From contig CAWEEQ010000002.1 of NCBI GenBank assembly GCA_963808235.1, forward strand, positions 128,001 through 192,000: a stretch of 64,000 nucleotides of DNA, in the 5' to 3' direction. The notes under the pieces were generated by a model, which was not told where the DNA came from, did no database searches, and saw nothing but the letters and a program-made list of their open reading frames with translations. The stretch is from an uncultured delta proteobacterium (GTDB taxonomy: Bacteria; Desulfobacterota; Binatia; Binatales; Binataceae). The first letter of the stretch is position 1, and each line of letters begins with the position of its first letter. Both the position numbers and the translations under genes were made by a program. Positions 40,501 to 50,640 of this stretch are shown here, piece after piece.

Positions 40501-42825
40501 TTACTCGTACTCGCCGTTGCGTTCTCTAACCGCGCGGCGGGCGAAGCCTTTTGAACGGCGCTTTTTGACTTTGGTTGCTTCGGTTCGACGAGTTTCCGCG
40601 AAGTCAATCAACACTTGCTGGCAAGCCGGGGCGGCATCGGCCGCCGCGGTCCTGATATAAGTCCCGTCGGATTGCATTTCCCACTGGCATCGGTTCGGCT
40701 TCAGTTGGATATCGAGCACCGCGCGCAATTCCTTGCGCAGTTGCGGATCTTCGACCGGCGCCACCACCTCGACGCGGCTCTCGAGGTTGCGTTTCATGCA
40801 GTCGGCAGAGCCGAGCAGAAAATCCTCGGTACCGCCGTTGCGAAAATAGTACAGTCGGCCATGCTCCAGGAAACGTCCGACGATACTCACCACGCGTACA
40901 TTGTCCGACAGCCCAGCAATCCCCGGACGCAGCCTGCAGGTATCGCGCACGATCAAGTCCACTTTCACTCCGGCTTGCGAGGCGCGGTATAGCGCACGCG
41001 TAATATCGACGTCCTCCAGCGCGTTGATCTTCATCTGGATCAATCCCGGCGACGCTGAGGAGTGAGCTTTTATTTCGCGTTCGATCCGGCTCAGCAGCCC
41101 GGGTTTGAGGAGCGTCGGCGCGGGCAGGATTTTTCGATAGGTACGATCCGGCATATAGCCAGTCGTCAGATAATTGAACAGCTGCGTCAGGTCCTCGCCG
41201 ATAGTGTCGTCGCAGGTGAGCAATCCGTAGTCGGCATAAAATCTCGCGGTCACCGGATGATAGTTGCCCGTGCCGATATGCGCGTAGCGGCGAAGACCGG
41301 TGTAGTCCTGGCGAATCACCAGGATAACTTTGGAATGCGTCTTGAGCCCGATCACTCCGTAGGTTACGTGAATCCCGAATTCCTCGAGCCGGGTCGCAAA
41401 CTGGATGTTCGCCGCCTCGTCAAAACGCGCTTTCAGCTCGACGACCACGGCAACCTGCTTGCCGTTTCGCGCCGCATCGCACAGATACCCGATAATCTTC
41501 GAATCGCTCGAAGTCCGGTAAAGGGTCATCTTGATCGCGCGGACTTTTGGATCTTCCGCGGCTTCGCGCAGGAACCGTTCGACCGAGGTCGAGAACGATT
41601 CGTACGGATGCAAGAGCAGGAACGATCCGGCGTCTCGAATTACGTGGAAGATGCTTCTGCCGATCGTCAGGCGCGGATGATCGACCGGATGATGCGGCGG
41701 ATCGTGCAACTGGGGCGCGTCGATCGACGCCAGCTCCTGCAAGTCGCGAATAGCCATCATCCCGTCAACTTCGAAAACGTCGGAACGCTCGTCCAGGCCG
41801 AGTTCTGCCGCCAGCATCCCGCGATGCACCGGGTTCATGCCGGTCAATACTTCAAGCCGGACAATAGGCGCGAAGCGGCGATCGCGCAGTTCGGATTCGA
41901 TCAGCGCCAGCAAATCGTCGGCCTCGTCTTCGTCGCGTTCGGTGTTGGCGTTGCGCGTCACCCGGAATAGTTCGTACGAATCGATCAGCATCGAGGGAAA
42001 CAGGAGATCGAGGTTGTTCGCGACGACGTCTTCGAGCCTTACGAAGTCATTCTGATTGGCGATTCGGAGGAAGCGCGGGATTCCAAAACCGATCGGCACT
42101 TTCACCCGCGCCATCATCGGGTCGGAGTCGTTCTCGTAGCGCGCCGTGACCAGCAGGTTGAGCGACAGGTTGGAGACAAACGGGAACGGATGCGCCGGAT
42201 CCATCGCCTGCGGAGTGACCAGCGGGAAAATATTTTTATAGTAGTATTCGCGGATCGTTTTGCGCTCGTCCGCCGCCAAGCTGCTGTAGGGGCGCAAACG
42301 AATTCCGAAATTCTCGAGCTGACCAAGGATCTCCGGCCCCAGTTCGCGCTGGCGCTGCTCGATCTCGCGCACCACCAGGTAGCATTCAGCGATCTGTTGT
42401 TGCGGCGTGCGTCCATCCACCGTCAGCTCCTGCATCCCGGCGACGACCTGCTGCTTCAGGCCTCCGATCCGCTTCATGAAAAACTCGTCGAGGTTGGACG
42501 CGGTTATCGCGAGAAACTTGAGCCGCTCGAGCAACGGATTACGTTCGTCTTCAGCTTCATGCAGAACGCGCCGGTTGAACGCAAGCCAGGTAAGCTCGCG
42601 ATTCAGGAACAAGTCGGGTGAGGCGAGATCCTTGTCGATTTTCGGCGGCGGTGGTTTTTCAATCGCGGGGACGGCTGCGTCGACTACAACGGCTGCCCCG
42701 GGCAGATCGATCGATGCGCCGTTCTGAGCGCCCCGCGCATTCGCCTCGATTGGCTCGAGGTTTAACCCGGGCGTATCAGTTTGATTTCCCATAGATGCAA
42801 AATCGGTCGGATGTTGCCCCGCCAT
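40501..42825 (-). CDS. ppk1: Polyphosphate kinase 1 (start uncertain)
   Basis: NRELTWLAFNRRVL, SNLDEFFM, HPFPF, ELKARFDE, GLKTHSK, GRFLEH. Confidence 0.96.
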   Translation of the reverse strand: MAGQHPTDFASMGNQTDTPGLNLEPIEANARGAQNGASIDLPGAAVVVDAAVPAIEKPPPPKIDKDLASPDLFLNRELTWLAFNRRVLHEAEDERNPLLERLKFLAITASNLDEFFMKRIGGLKQQVVAGMQELTVDGRTPQQQIAECYLVVREIEQRQRELGPEILGQLENFGIRLRPYSSLAADERKTIREYYYKNIFPLVTPQAMDPAHPFPFVSNLSLNLLVTARYENDSDPMMARVKVPIGFGIPRFLRIANQNDFVRLEDVVANNLDLLFPSMLIDSYELFRVTRNANTERDEDEADDLLALIESELRDRRFAPIVRLEVLTGMNPVHRGMLAAELGLDERSDVFEVDGMMAIRDLQELASIDAPQLHDPPHHPVDHPRLTIGRSIFHVIRDAGSFLLLHPYESFSTSVERFLREAAEDPKVRAIKMTLYRTSSDSKIIGYLCDAARNGKQVAVVVELKARFDEAANIQFATRLEEFGIHVTYGVIGLKTHSKVILVIRQDYTGLRRYAHIGTGNYHPVTARFYADYGLLTCDDTIGEDLTQLFNYLTTGYMPDRTYRKILPAPTLLKPGLLSRIEREIKAHSSASPGLIQMKINALEDVDITRALYRASQAGVKVDLIVRDTCRLRPGIAGLSDNVRVVSIVGRFLEHGRLYYFRNGGTEDFLLGSADCMKRNLESRVEVVAPVEDPQLRKELRAVLDIQLKPNRCQWEMQSDGTYIRTAAADAAPACQQVLIDFAETRRTEATKVKKRRSKGFARRAVRERNGEYE

Positions 42826-42994
42826 TGTAGCCGCCCCGACCGGTAATTTCCTATCCTCGGTGCGATATATCTGCAAAAGCCCAAGACTTCAGAGATGTTT
42901 TACTTCGTTGCAACGGTTTGTCATGGAAACGTCGATTGTGTACAAGAGGCCAAGGCCGTCGCTCCCTCGACTGAACTTCGCCGCATGACTGAAT

Positions 42995-44176
42995 ATGAAT
43001 GACTATTTGTACGAAGTTGCGCGTCGGCTGGTGGAGTTCGACACCGTCAGCGCCAAAAGCGATTTGCCCGCGATCGAATATTTATCGAAAGAGCTCGCCG
43101 CCCGCGGCTTCACGACAGCACTTCAACCGGTCGAGCTTTTGGGCGTCTCGCAGGCCAATCTGGTTGCGTGGGCAGGACCGCCTCGTGCCGACGGGCTGAT
43201 CATTTCGGGACACGTCGACACCGTGCCCTACCTCGGCCAGCCGGGATGGGAGCGGGAGCCGCTCAAGCTCGAAATAGCCGGCGAACGAATCTACGGCCGC
43301 GGCACCACCGACATGAAGGGATTCATCGCGCAATGCCTCGATGCGTCGCGAACTCTCGTTGCGACCAAACTCAAGCGCCCGTTGGTGTTTGTATTCACCG
43401 CGAGCGAGGAAGTGGGATGCCTGGGTGCGCACAGCGTCGCGCCGGCGTTGGCGCAGATTCTGGGTGAGGTACCGGTGCCGCGACTCGCATGGATTGGCGA
43501 GCCGACTTCCTACACTGTGTGCCACGCGCACAAAAGCATCGTCTCGTTCAACGTGACGGTTCGCGGCATCGGTGGCCATAGTGGGGCGCCCGCGAAGGGC
43601 GTCAACGCGATAGCTGTGATGGGGCGCGTGATCGATGCGATCGGCCGGCTGCAGGAAGAGCGGCGCATCGCTGCGAATCCCGAGTTCGCTGCGGTCTTTC
43701 CTGACGCGCCGTGCGATGTACTCAACTTTGGAAGCATCCAGGGCGGAATCGCATCGAACATGATTGCCGAGGAATGCAGGCTGAGGATCAGTTACCGCAC
43801 GCTGCCCGACGAGGACCCGCTCGAGATACATCGCGAGATCGGCCGCCGCCTTGCCGCCCTCGATACGCACGATTACGCAGGTCGCGAAAATCGAGCGAAG
43901 ATCGAAGTGGGGCCCACGAGCGTCGTGCCGCCGCTCAACTCGCCACGCGGTACCCCGCTCGAAGCAGTTCTGTTCGATGCGACCGGTGCCCGATCCAGCG
44001 GCGGCGCGCTCTACGGCACCGACGGCGGATGGTTTACCGGCTCGAACATCGTGTCGCTGATATGCGGCCCCGGCGACCTAGACCAGGCGCATCAGCCCAA
44101 CGAATACGTCCGCCGCGACGCATTTGAGCGCGGCCCCGCGATCGTGCACAAAGTAATCGACAAGATGTGCTGCTGA
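42995..44176 (+). CDS. argE: M20 family acetylornithine deacetylase-like enzyme
   Basis: SGHVDTVP, GRGTTDMKG, EEVG, GEPT, AHQPNE. Confidence 0.82.
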   Translation: MNDYLYEVARRLVEFDTVSAKSDLPAIEYLSKELAARGFTTALQPVELLGVSQANLVAWAGPPRADGLIISGHVDTVPYLGQPGWEREPLKLEIAGERIYGRGTTDMKGFIAQCLDASRTLVATKLKRPLVFVFTASEEVGCLGAHSVAPALAQILGEVPVPRLAWIGEPTSYTVCHAHKSIVSFNVTVRGIGGHSGAPAKGVNAIAVMGRVIDAIGRLQEERRIAANPEFAAVFPDAPCDVLNFGSIQGGIASNMIAEECRLRISYRTLPDEDPLEIHREIGRRLAALDTHDYAGRENRAKIEVGPTSVVPPLNSPRGTPLEAVLFDATGARSSGGALYGTDGGWFTGSNIVSLICGPGDLDQAHQPNEYVRRDAFERGPAIVHKVIDKMCC

Positions 44177-44262
44177 GTAAGGGCCGCTGTTTCCTCATCG
44201 TTGCCTTCATCATTTTGGAGTATGTACTTCACGCAAGTCCCCAAGATGCGCGGCGTAGAGCG

Positions 44263-45225
44263 ATGAAACGGAACACGGGAGTCGCGGACCATATCGTGAT
44301 TTTTGGCGGCAGTGGCAGTCCCAAGCTGACGCTCAAGATTTGCCAGTACCTGAAAACGCAACCCGGGGTCGGAGAAGTGTTGCGGTTTTCGGACGGGAAT
44401 CTGTTCGTCCGGGTCAAAGAAAATGTGCGTGGTCGCGACGTATACCTAGTCCAGTCAACGGTCTTCCCCACCAACGACAATTTCATGGAACTGCTCTTCT
44501 GGATTGATGCGCTGAGGCGAGCGAGTGCGGAGTCGGTGACCGTCGTTATGCCCTATTTCAGTTATGCGAAAGGCGACAAGAAAGACGAACCCAGGGTTTC
44601 AATCCGCGCCCGCGTCTGCGCTGATGCGATTGCGGTGGCCGGAGCTGATCGGGTGGTGACGCTGGACTTACACGCACCACAGATCCAAGGCTTCTTCCAC
44701 ATTCCCGTGGACGACTTGTATGCCCTGCCGGTGCTCGGCAAGGAGATTGAACGATGGAAATTGCCGGACCTCGTTGTGGTTTCCCCTGACACCGGCTTTG
44801 CAAAGCAGGCCCGGAAGTATGCGTCGTTTTTGGGTACTTCCATCGCTATAGCGGACAAAGAGCGTAAGGCCCACGATGAGCAGGCTGAGATCCTGGAGAT
44901 CATTGGCGAAGTCCGGGGCAAGACGGCGCTGCTGGTCGACGACTTCACGATCTCCAACGGCACGCTGGTCAGCGCGGCGGAAAAGCTCGTCGAGCTAGGT
45001 GCAAGAGCCGTGTACGCGGCCGTCTCTCATGGGGTCTTCAGCGAAGGTTCGATGGAACGGCTAGAGCGGAGTCCGATTCAGCGTCTGCTGGTGACAGACT
45101 CGATCGAAACACAACCTGTGGTGTTTTCGCGCAAAGTCCAAGTTGTCTCGGTGGCACCCCTCTTTGGAGAGGCAATCCGGCGTATCCATGACCGGGAAAG
45201 CATCAGCGTGCTGTTCCCAAAGTGA
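44263..45225 (+). CDS. prs: Ribose-phosphate pyrophosphokinase
   Basis: FSDG, PYFSYA, DLHAPQIQGFF, VSPDTG, LVDD. Confidence 0.94.
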   Translation: MKRNTGVADHIVIFGGSGSPKLTLKICQYLKTQPGVGEVLRFSDGNLFVRVKENVRGRDVYLVQSTVFPTNDNFMELLFWIDALRRASAESVTVVMPYFSYAKGDKKDEPRVSIRARVCADAIAVAGADRVVTLDLHAPQIQGFFHIPVDDLYALPVLGKEIERWKLPDLVVVSPDTGFAKQARKYASFLGTSIAIADKERKAHDEQAEILEIIGEVRGKTALLVDDFTISNGTLVSAAEKLVELGARAVYAAVSHGVFSEGSMERLERSPIQRLLVTDSIETQPVVFSRKVQVVSVAPLFGEAIRRIHDRESISVLFPK

Positions 45226-45356
45226 AGCCACAACGTCGGCATTCCCAGCCGTTCGGCTATTTCACTGAGATTGGGATTCGCACGTCGAAGGACGACGCAA
45301 GCGCTACGCCGTTTTTTAATGCCGGGAAGAATTTCCATTGCTTGAAAGTCTCGAAA

Positions 45357-46154
45357 TCACCGCAGTCTCCCGCTCACATAGCTCGCCGCGAATCCTAGTG
45401 CCAAAAACGCCACGATCGTCGGGCCGGTCGGAAGATCGAACCAGTACGACGCGAATATCCCCAGCAAGCTGCAGGTCAGCCCGAGGCCGGTCGCGGCTAT
45501 AAACGCGACGCCCAAGCTTCCCGCCACCGACAGTGCCGCCGCACCCGGTGCCACCAGCATCGTGAACGTCAGCAGCGCGCCCACGCCGCGAATCGCGATC
45601 GCGACCGCAACTCCCGCGGTCACGTAAAAAATCGTGTTCCATACCTCGACCCGGATTCCGAGCGCGCGCGCCATGTCCGGATCAAACGCGACGATCAGGA
45701 ATTCCTTGTAGGCGAAATATTGAATTGCGATTACCAGCGTAAACGCCACCAGCATCGTCCATAGCAGCGGCACCGATACGGTCAAAATATTTCCGAACAG
45801 AACGTTTACGATATCGGCCTCTCCGCGCGGCGCTTTGACGATCAGCAATACCGCCGCCGCCGACCCGCCCGCATACAGCATCCCGATCAGCGCTTCGAGC
45901 GGCAGCCGCGGCGAATCCGCGACTCGCGATAGCACCAGAAACGTCAGCACTGTCAGCACCAGCGCGACTGCGAACGGCTCGTATTGCAGCAGGACCGCCA
46001 GCGCCACTCCCGCCGACGAGATCTCGGCGACTGCCGCGCCGACAAATACAATTCGCCGAAGCACCACGTAGACGCTGAGCGGCGCCAGTCCGAGGGCCAC
46101 AAGGACGCCTGCTAACAGCACGTGGCGCATGAAGGGAATTGCCAGCAGATCCAT
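45357..46154 (-). CDS. Metal (Zn/Mn-type) ABC transporter permease
   Basis: VVLRR, LFGNIL, FDPDMARALG, DLPTGP. Confidence 0.92.
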   Translation of the reverse strand: MDLLAIPFMRHVLLAGVLVALGLAPLSVYVVLRRIVFVGAAVAEISSAGVALAVLLQYEPFAVALVLTVLTFLVLSRVADSPRLPLEALIGMLYAGGSAAAVLLIVKAPRGEADIVNVLFGNILTVSVPLLWTMLVAFTLVIAIQYFAYKEFLIVAFDPDMARALGIRVEVWNTIFYVTAGVAVAIAIRGVGALLTFTMLVAPGAAALSVAGSLGVAFIAATGLGLTCSLLGIFASYWFDLPTGPTIVAFLALGFAASYVSGRLR

Positions 46155-46871
46155 CTACTCCGCTCCCGCGTATGCGCGTGCCAGCATCTCGGGCGACAGC
46201 ATCGTCTGCTTCTCGCCGATCAGCATCCCGCCCGCGCGCGTGATGAGCGCCACCCGACGCGCAAAGTGCTCGATCGCGCTCTGCAGATGGGTCACGAAGA
46301 CGATGGTCGTCGATCGTTCGCGCTGCAGGTCCATCAGCAGCTCCATGATCGCGCGCTCAGCCTGCACGTCCATTCCGTTGGTGGGCTCGTCGAGTAGCAG
46401 AGCTTCGGGCTCTCCCGCTAGAGCGCGGGCGATCAGGACGCGCTGCTGCTGTCCGCCGGATAGTTGCCGATAGGGCCGATTGACGCGGTCGGCCATCCTG
46501 ACCCGCTTGAGGCACGAGCGCGCAATCTCGAAATCGCGCCCGCTCGCCGCGCGCATCGAGGGAATCAGTCCATAACGGCCCATCACCGCCACTTCCAGCG
46601 ACGACAGCGGAAAGTGCGGATCGAGCCGCTCGCGCTGTGGAACGTAGCCGAAGCGCGGCGATTCACCGTTGCTCCCCGGAAATTCGATCGTACCCCTAAG
46701 CGGCGGCACCAGCCCCAGGATCGCCTTGATTAGGGTGGTCTTGCCCGACCCATTCGGACCCATCACGCCGAGAAAATCACCGCGCTCGATCGTAAAGTCG
46801 AGCTTGTCGAGCACCACGTGCCCGCGGTAGCCCAGCGTCAGGTCGCGGCCACGAACCAATTCAACTGTCAT
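46155..46871 (-). CDS. Metal ABC transporter ATP-binding protein
   Basis: GPNGSGKT, GYVPQ, LSGGQQQR, LLLDEP. Confidence 0.94.
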   Translation of the reverse strand: MTVELVRGRDLTLGYRGHVVLDKLDFTIERGDFLGVMGPNGSGKTTLIKAILGLVPPLRGTIEFPGSNGESPRFGYVPQRERLDPHFPLSSLEVAVMGRYGLIPSMRAASGRDFEIARSCLKRVRMADRVNRPYRQLSGGQQQRVLIARALAGEPEALLLDEPTNGMDVQAERAIMELLMDLQRERSTTIVFVTHLQSAIEHFARRVALITRAGGMLIGEKQTMLSPEMLARAYAGAE

Positions 46872-47772
46872 GGCCGCTGAACGCCTTCACGAACTGGTTC
46901 ACGACGTAGTCGATCATCGAGATGTAGTCCTTCTGCTCCGACGTTCCGCCCACGTCTATTGTCAGATTCAAGCACGGCACACCGGCCTGGGTCGCGATCA
47001 ACTGGGCTACCGAGACGTTGTAGTAAGGCTCGGTGACTATCGCGCGCACCTTTTCCTTCTTCGCGATTTGGATCACTTCCTGCACCCGCGAGGGTGACGG
47101 CGCGAACCCAGGCTTGTTCTCGATGGTAGTCGGAATCGTGAGCTTGAAGGCGCGCGCGAAGTAGTCCCACGATTCGTGATAAGGAATGAAGGCGCTGCCC
47201 GCGAAGGGCGCCATCTCAGCGTCCCAATTTTTCTCCGCGGCCGTCAGCCGATCGTCAAACGTCTTGAGGTTGCCGGCAAAGTAGTCCTTGTCCGCGGGGT
47301 CGACATAAGAAAGCGCGTTGAACACGTTCTGCGCCATGATTCGCCCGGCTTCAGGGTCGAGCTGGTAGTGCGGATTTCCGTAGGGGTGAATATCGCCGAA
47401 GCTGTAATCCACGCGCCCCTTCGGGACGTCCATCAGCGGAATCCCGACCGAGACCTGCGCCTTCACCAGGTCCGAGTTGTTGGCCTCGTCGACCAGGTCG
47501 CGGGACCACTCCTCGAGTCCGAGTCCAATTTGCATGAACAGTTTTGCGCGATGAATCTTGAACAGGTCGCTCGGGCGCGGTTGGTAAAAGTCCGCGTTGA
47601 AGCCGCCCGGCACCAGCGCCTCGACCTCGATTTTGTCGCCGCCCACCGTCGTAACCAGCGAGGCGAGATCCGTGGTGGTGGTCACGACCCGCAGCGATGC
47701 GGCGTCGCATCGCGCGACCATCGTCACCATGATCGCAATCGTCGCTAAAATTTCAGCAAGAGGTTTTCGCAT
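46861..47772 (-). CDS. Metal ABC transporter substrate-binding protein (ZnuA/TroA family)
   Basis: VVTTT, GDIHPYGNPHY, YHESWDYF. Confidence 0.92.
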   Translation of the reverse strand: MRKPLAEILATIAIMVTMVARCDAASLRVVTTTTDLASLVTTVGGDKIEVEALVPGGFNADFYQPRPSDLFKIHRAKLFMQIGLGLEEWSRDLVDEANNSDLVKAQVSVGIPLMDVPKGRVDYSFGDIHPYGNPHYQLDPEAGRIMAQNVFNALSYVDPADKDYFAGNLKTFDDRLTAAEKNWDAEMAPFAGSAFIPYHESWDYFARAFKLTIPTTIENKPGFAPSPSRVQEVIQIAKKEKVRAIVTEPYYNVSVAQLIATQAGVPCLNLTIDVGGTSEQKDYISMIDYVVNQFVKAFSGHDS

Positions 47773-47776
47773 TTGG

Positions 47777-49222
47777 TCAGTCCAGTGGTTTCAGGTTTCC
47801 GAGTGAGAAAGTCGCCTGCAGAAAAACCTCGTCGGCCGCGCGCAACGGTCCCGTCGCGGCCTGCGTCCCCGTCGAATGCGTGTACTGTAAGCGCAGCCGG
47901 GTGTTGTCGGAAACGAAGTAGGTGAGGATCGGCGAGAGTCCGAGTTCCGTCCCACTCGGCACTCCCGGAACGTCGGCGACGTTGACCAGCGCTCCCGCAT
48001 GCCAGCGCAGCCGGAAGTTGTAATCGAGCAGCGTGTAGATGCCGCGCTTCAACCCGTGATCGTTGGCTCCGGTCCGTTCCGAGAGCAGTGCCTCCAGATT
48101 CCAGGTCCATACCTGCCGCTGGGTTGGCGAATACCGCAATTGGATATACGGATCGGCCATGTAGGTCGCGCCACCCGGCCCGGGACCGCCCGCGAAGCTC
48201 GCCCCGGTGGTCAGCGCGCCGGTCGTGAACAGGTCGCGCGAGTAGTCAAGCGTGCCGATATACGCGAAATCGTAGTTGCTGCCCTGACGATGGTTGAAGC
48301 TGATCGCGTTGATACCGCTGACGAAGTTGAAGTCGGCCTTGAGCGGGAGGTCCCACGGATTCGGGATGTAACCCTTGAGATTCAATCCCGGCTCGATCAG
48401 TCCGTCGTCGCCGATATAGAACGCGAGCGCGTTGGGCCGGTTCAGCATCGGCAATTGAAAAGTGTCGGTCTCGTTGAGCAGTCCGAACTCCGGCCGGAAC
48501 TGCCCCGCGCGCAGCGACAAGTCATACGGCAGCTTGTTGAAGGTCAGGAACGCTTCCTCGATATTGAACGCGCCGTTGTTGGGCTTATCGATCGAAATCT
48601 GCGCGGTCGTGTACGGATCGATCGGCGAGAAGAAGATCAGTTGGGTGTCACGCGGCTGAAACTTGTCGTCCGCCGGATTGTAGCGCGCGTCGCCTTTGCG
48701 AATGTCGCTCTGCCTGAAAGTGAAATCGCCGACCGCGCCGATATCGGGGATAAACGTTTTCGAAACTCCCTCCAGTCCCGGAACGATCACGCCTTGTCCC
48801 GACGGCTCCGCGTTGGCGTAACCGGGTGCGAGCGAGGTTGGTCCCGAGACCGGCCCCGGCATCAGTTTCTTGACCGCGCTTCCAAGCGTAATTCCAGGCG
48901 GAGGATTTGCCGGAAGCGGCTCTCCCGCAGGCGTCACACCCGGCGGTGGACCGCCCTGCGCTGACGCGGCAGGGTTGGCAGACGCCGCGTTCTCAGGAGA
49001 TCCAGTTTTCACGGCGCCGCTGTTGACTCGCTCCTCGAGCGCATCCATCCGCTGATGCATCGAGCGAAGTTCAGCCTGAAACTCCGCCAGCTCTTTTTTC
49101 AATTCAACATTCTGCGCCTTCAACGCGTCGTCGCTATCCGCATAGAGAGGATTCGCAAAAACGATCAGCAGACCCGCATTCAGTACCCAAATCCATCGCC
49201 AAAGATTGGCCGCATTTCTCAT
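47777..49222 (-). CDS. Putative outer-membrane beta-barrel protein of the metal-uptake operon
   Basis: Signal peptide, coiled coil, Pro-rich linker, PDIGAVGDF, IEEAF, RAGQF..EFG, amphipathic C-terminal strands; SD GGGAG before ATG 49222. Confidence 0.75.
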   Translation of the reverse strand: MRNAANLWRWIWVLNAGLLIVFANPLYADSDDALKAQNVELKKELAEFQAELRSMHQRMDALEERVNSGAVKTGSPENAASANPAASAQGGPPPGVTPAGEPLPANPPPGITLGSAVKKLMPGPVSGPTSLAPGYANAEPSGQGVIVPGLEGVSKTFIPDIGAVGDFTFRQSDIRKGDARYNPADDKFQPRDTQLIFFSPIDPYTTAQISIDKPNNGAFNIEEAFLTFNKLPYDLSLRAGQFRPEFGLLNETDTFQLPMLNRPNALAFYIGDDGLIEPGLNLKGYIPNPWDLPLKADFNFVSGINAISFNHRQGSNYDFAYIGTLDYSRDLFTTGALTTGASFAGGPGPGGATYMADPYIQLRYSPTQRQVWTWNLEALLSERTGANDHGLKRGIYTLLDYNFRLRWHAGALVNVADVPGVPSGTELGLSPILTYFVSDNTRLRLQYTHSTGTQAATGPLRAADEVFLQATFSLGNLKPLD

Positions 49223-49319
49223 CGTAGTCACTCCCTTCCGCTCAGAGTTGGCGGAACGGCGACGCGTGAATCTTCGTCACGCAACGAAACAGGACGTATG
49301 TCTACAAACGAGGGGGGAT

Positions 49320-49643
49320 CTATGCGGCTATGGGAGGAGCCCGCGTCAGCGCCGACGCGGAATCGAACGAAGCGAAACCAATCCAGGAATCGGTGCTCGC
49401 GACTGTGCTTTCGATCTGCAGAGGCTCGACGAACGGCGCGCTGGTTGAATTGAGACTCGAATGGAACGCGAGCTGGCAAACAGGGCAGAGTCCATTGTCG
49501 GCGCTGAACTCGGCGGTTATTACCCAATCGCGCGAGACGACGCTCTCATGAAAATGAATTGCGCCGATGAGTTGAGCGAAGAGGACCAAGGTCGCGCCCA
49601 TGATCGCGACCGTGTTCCCTCTTTTCTGGAACCAGGAAATCAT
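49320..49643 (-). CDS. DUF2946-like leader protein (TM, HxH, CxxC, C-terminal RAPP)
   Basis: MISWFQKRG-TM-IHFHE...LCPVCQL...TRAPPIAA*, directly upstream of the metal-uptake operon. Confidence 0.82.
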   Translation of the reverse strand: MISWFQKRGNTVAIMGATLVLFAQLIGAIHFHESVVSRDWVITAEFSADNGLCPVCQLAFHSSLNSTSAPFVEPLQIESTVASTDSWIGFASFDSASALTRAPPIAA

Positions 49644-49779
49644 CGAGTCATGCGAATACTGCCGACAATGGAGCCTGCCGCGCGACAATGCGATGTGTCA
49701 AGCGAGTACACGGGCCAGCCGATGGCTTGGCGAATTCGTCACGATCGGGTTAAGTTGCGTTTGAGACGGAGGCATCGTC

Positions 49780-50631
49780 ATGAACCAGTTTAAAGTCGGC
49801 GACGTGAAGATAACTCGAATCATCGAGAGCGAGGCGCCGTGGCCCGGGACCTGGCTGCTGCCCGACGCGACCCGTGAGAACGTTCAGAAAGAAGCGGACT
49901 GGCTCTACCCGACTTTTACTGACGAGAAGGGGAAGTTGCGGATGAGCATCCACGCGCTTGTGCTCGAGTCACAGGGCAAGCGCATCATCGTCGATACCTG
50001 CATCGGCAACGAGAAGCAGCGCTCGAATCCGGCGTGGTCGAATCTGCAAACGCCGTTCCTGAAGGACCTCGAGGCGGCGGGTGTTACGCGCAACAACGTC
50101 GATCGCGTCATCTGCACGCATCTGCACGTCGATCACGTTGGATGGAACACGATGCTCAAGGACGGGAAGTGGGTGCCCACGTTTCCCAACGCGCGCTACC
50201 TTATCGGCGGCACCGAGTGGGACTACTGGTCAACCTTCGACGGAAAAGACATGCGCGACCCGGTCGAGGATTCGGTGCGGCCGATCGTTGAGACAGGCAT
50301 GGCCGACATGATCGATTCGAACTTTCGCGTGACTGACGAAGTATGGCTCGAGCCGAGTCCCGGACACACTCCCGGCCATCACAGCGTGCGAATCTCATCG
50401 AAGGGACAGAACGCTGTGATCACCGGCGACCTGATGCACCACCCGATTCAATGCCGATATCCCGAGTGGGACGACGCGTTTGATTCCGACGGAGCGATGG
50501 CGAAAAAAACCCGGCGCGCATTCTGCGAGAAATACGCCGACAGCGGAGTGCAGGTCTTCGGCACTCATTTCGCGACGCCGTCTGCGGGAAAAATCGTTAA
50601 GAAGGGCGACTCGTTCCGCTTCATCGCATGA
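49780..50631 (+). CDS. MBL-fold metallo-hydrolase
   Basis: THLHVDHVG, GHTPGH, GD, THF. Confidence 0.93.
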   Translation: MNQFKVGDVKITRIIESEAPWPGTWLLPDATRENVQKEADWLYPTFTDEKGKLRMSIHALVLESQGKRIIVDTCIGNEKQRSNPAWSNLQTPFLKDLEAAGVTRNNVDRVICTHLHVDHVGWNTMLKDGKWVPTFPNARYLIGGTEWDYWSTFDGKDMRDPVEDSVRPIVETGMADMIDSNFRVTDEVWLEPSPGHTPGHHSVRISSKGQNAVITGDLMHHPIQCRYPEWDDAFDSDGAMAKKTRRAFCEKYADSGVQVFGTHFATPSAGKIVKKGDSFRFIA

Positions 50632-50640
50632 GCGCCTTTT

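Noticed and set aside
44165-44180. argE ending Cys-Cys-UGA as a second selenoprotein
   Set aside because: The M20 domain is already complete, and read-through gives no recognisable sequence or clear hairpin.
45226-45356. CGGCATT...AATGCCG inverted repeat as a MITE
   Set aside because: The repeat is only 7 bp, with no target duplication or second copy seen.
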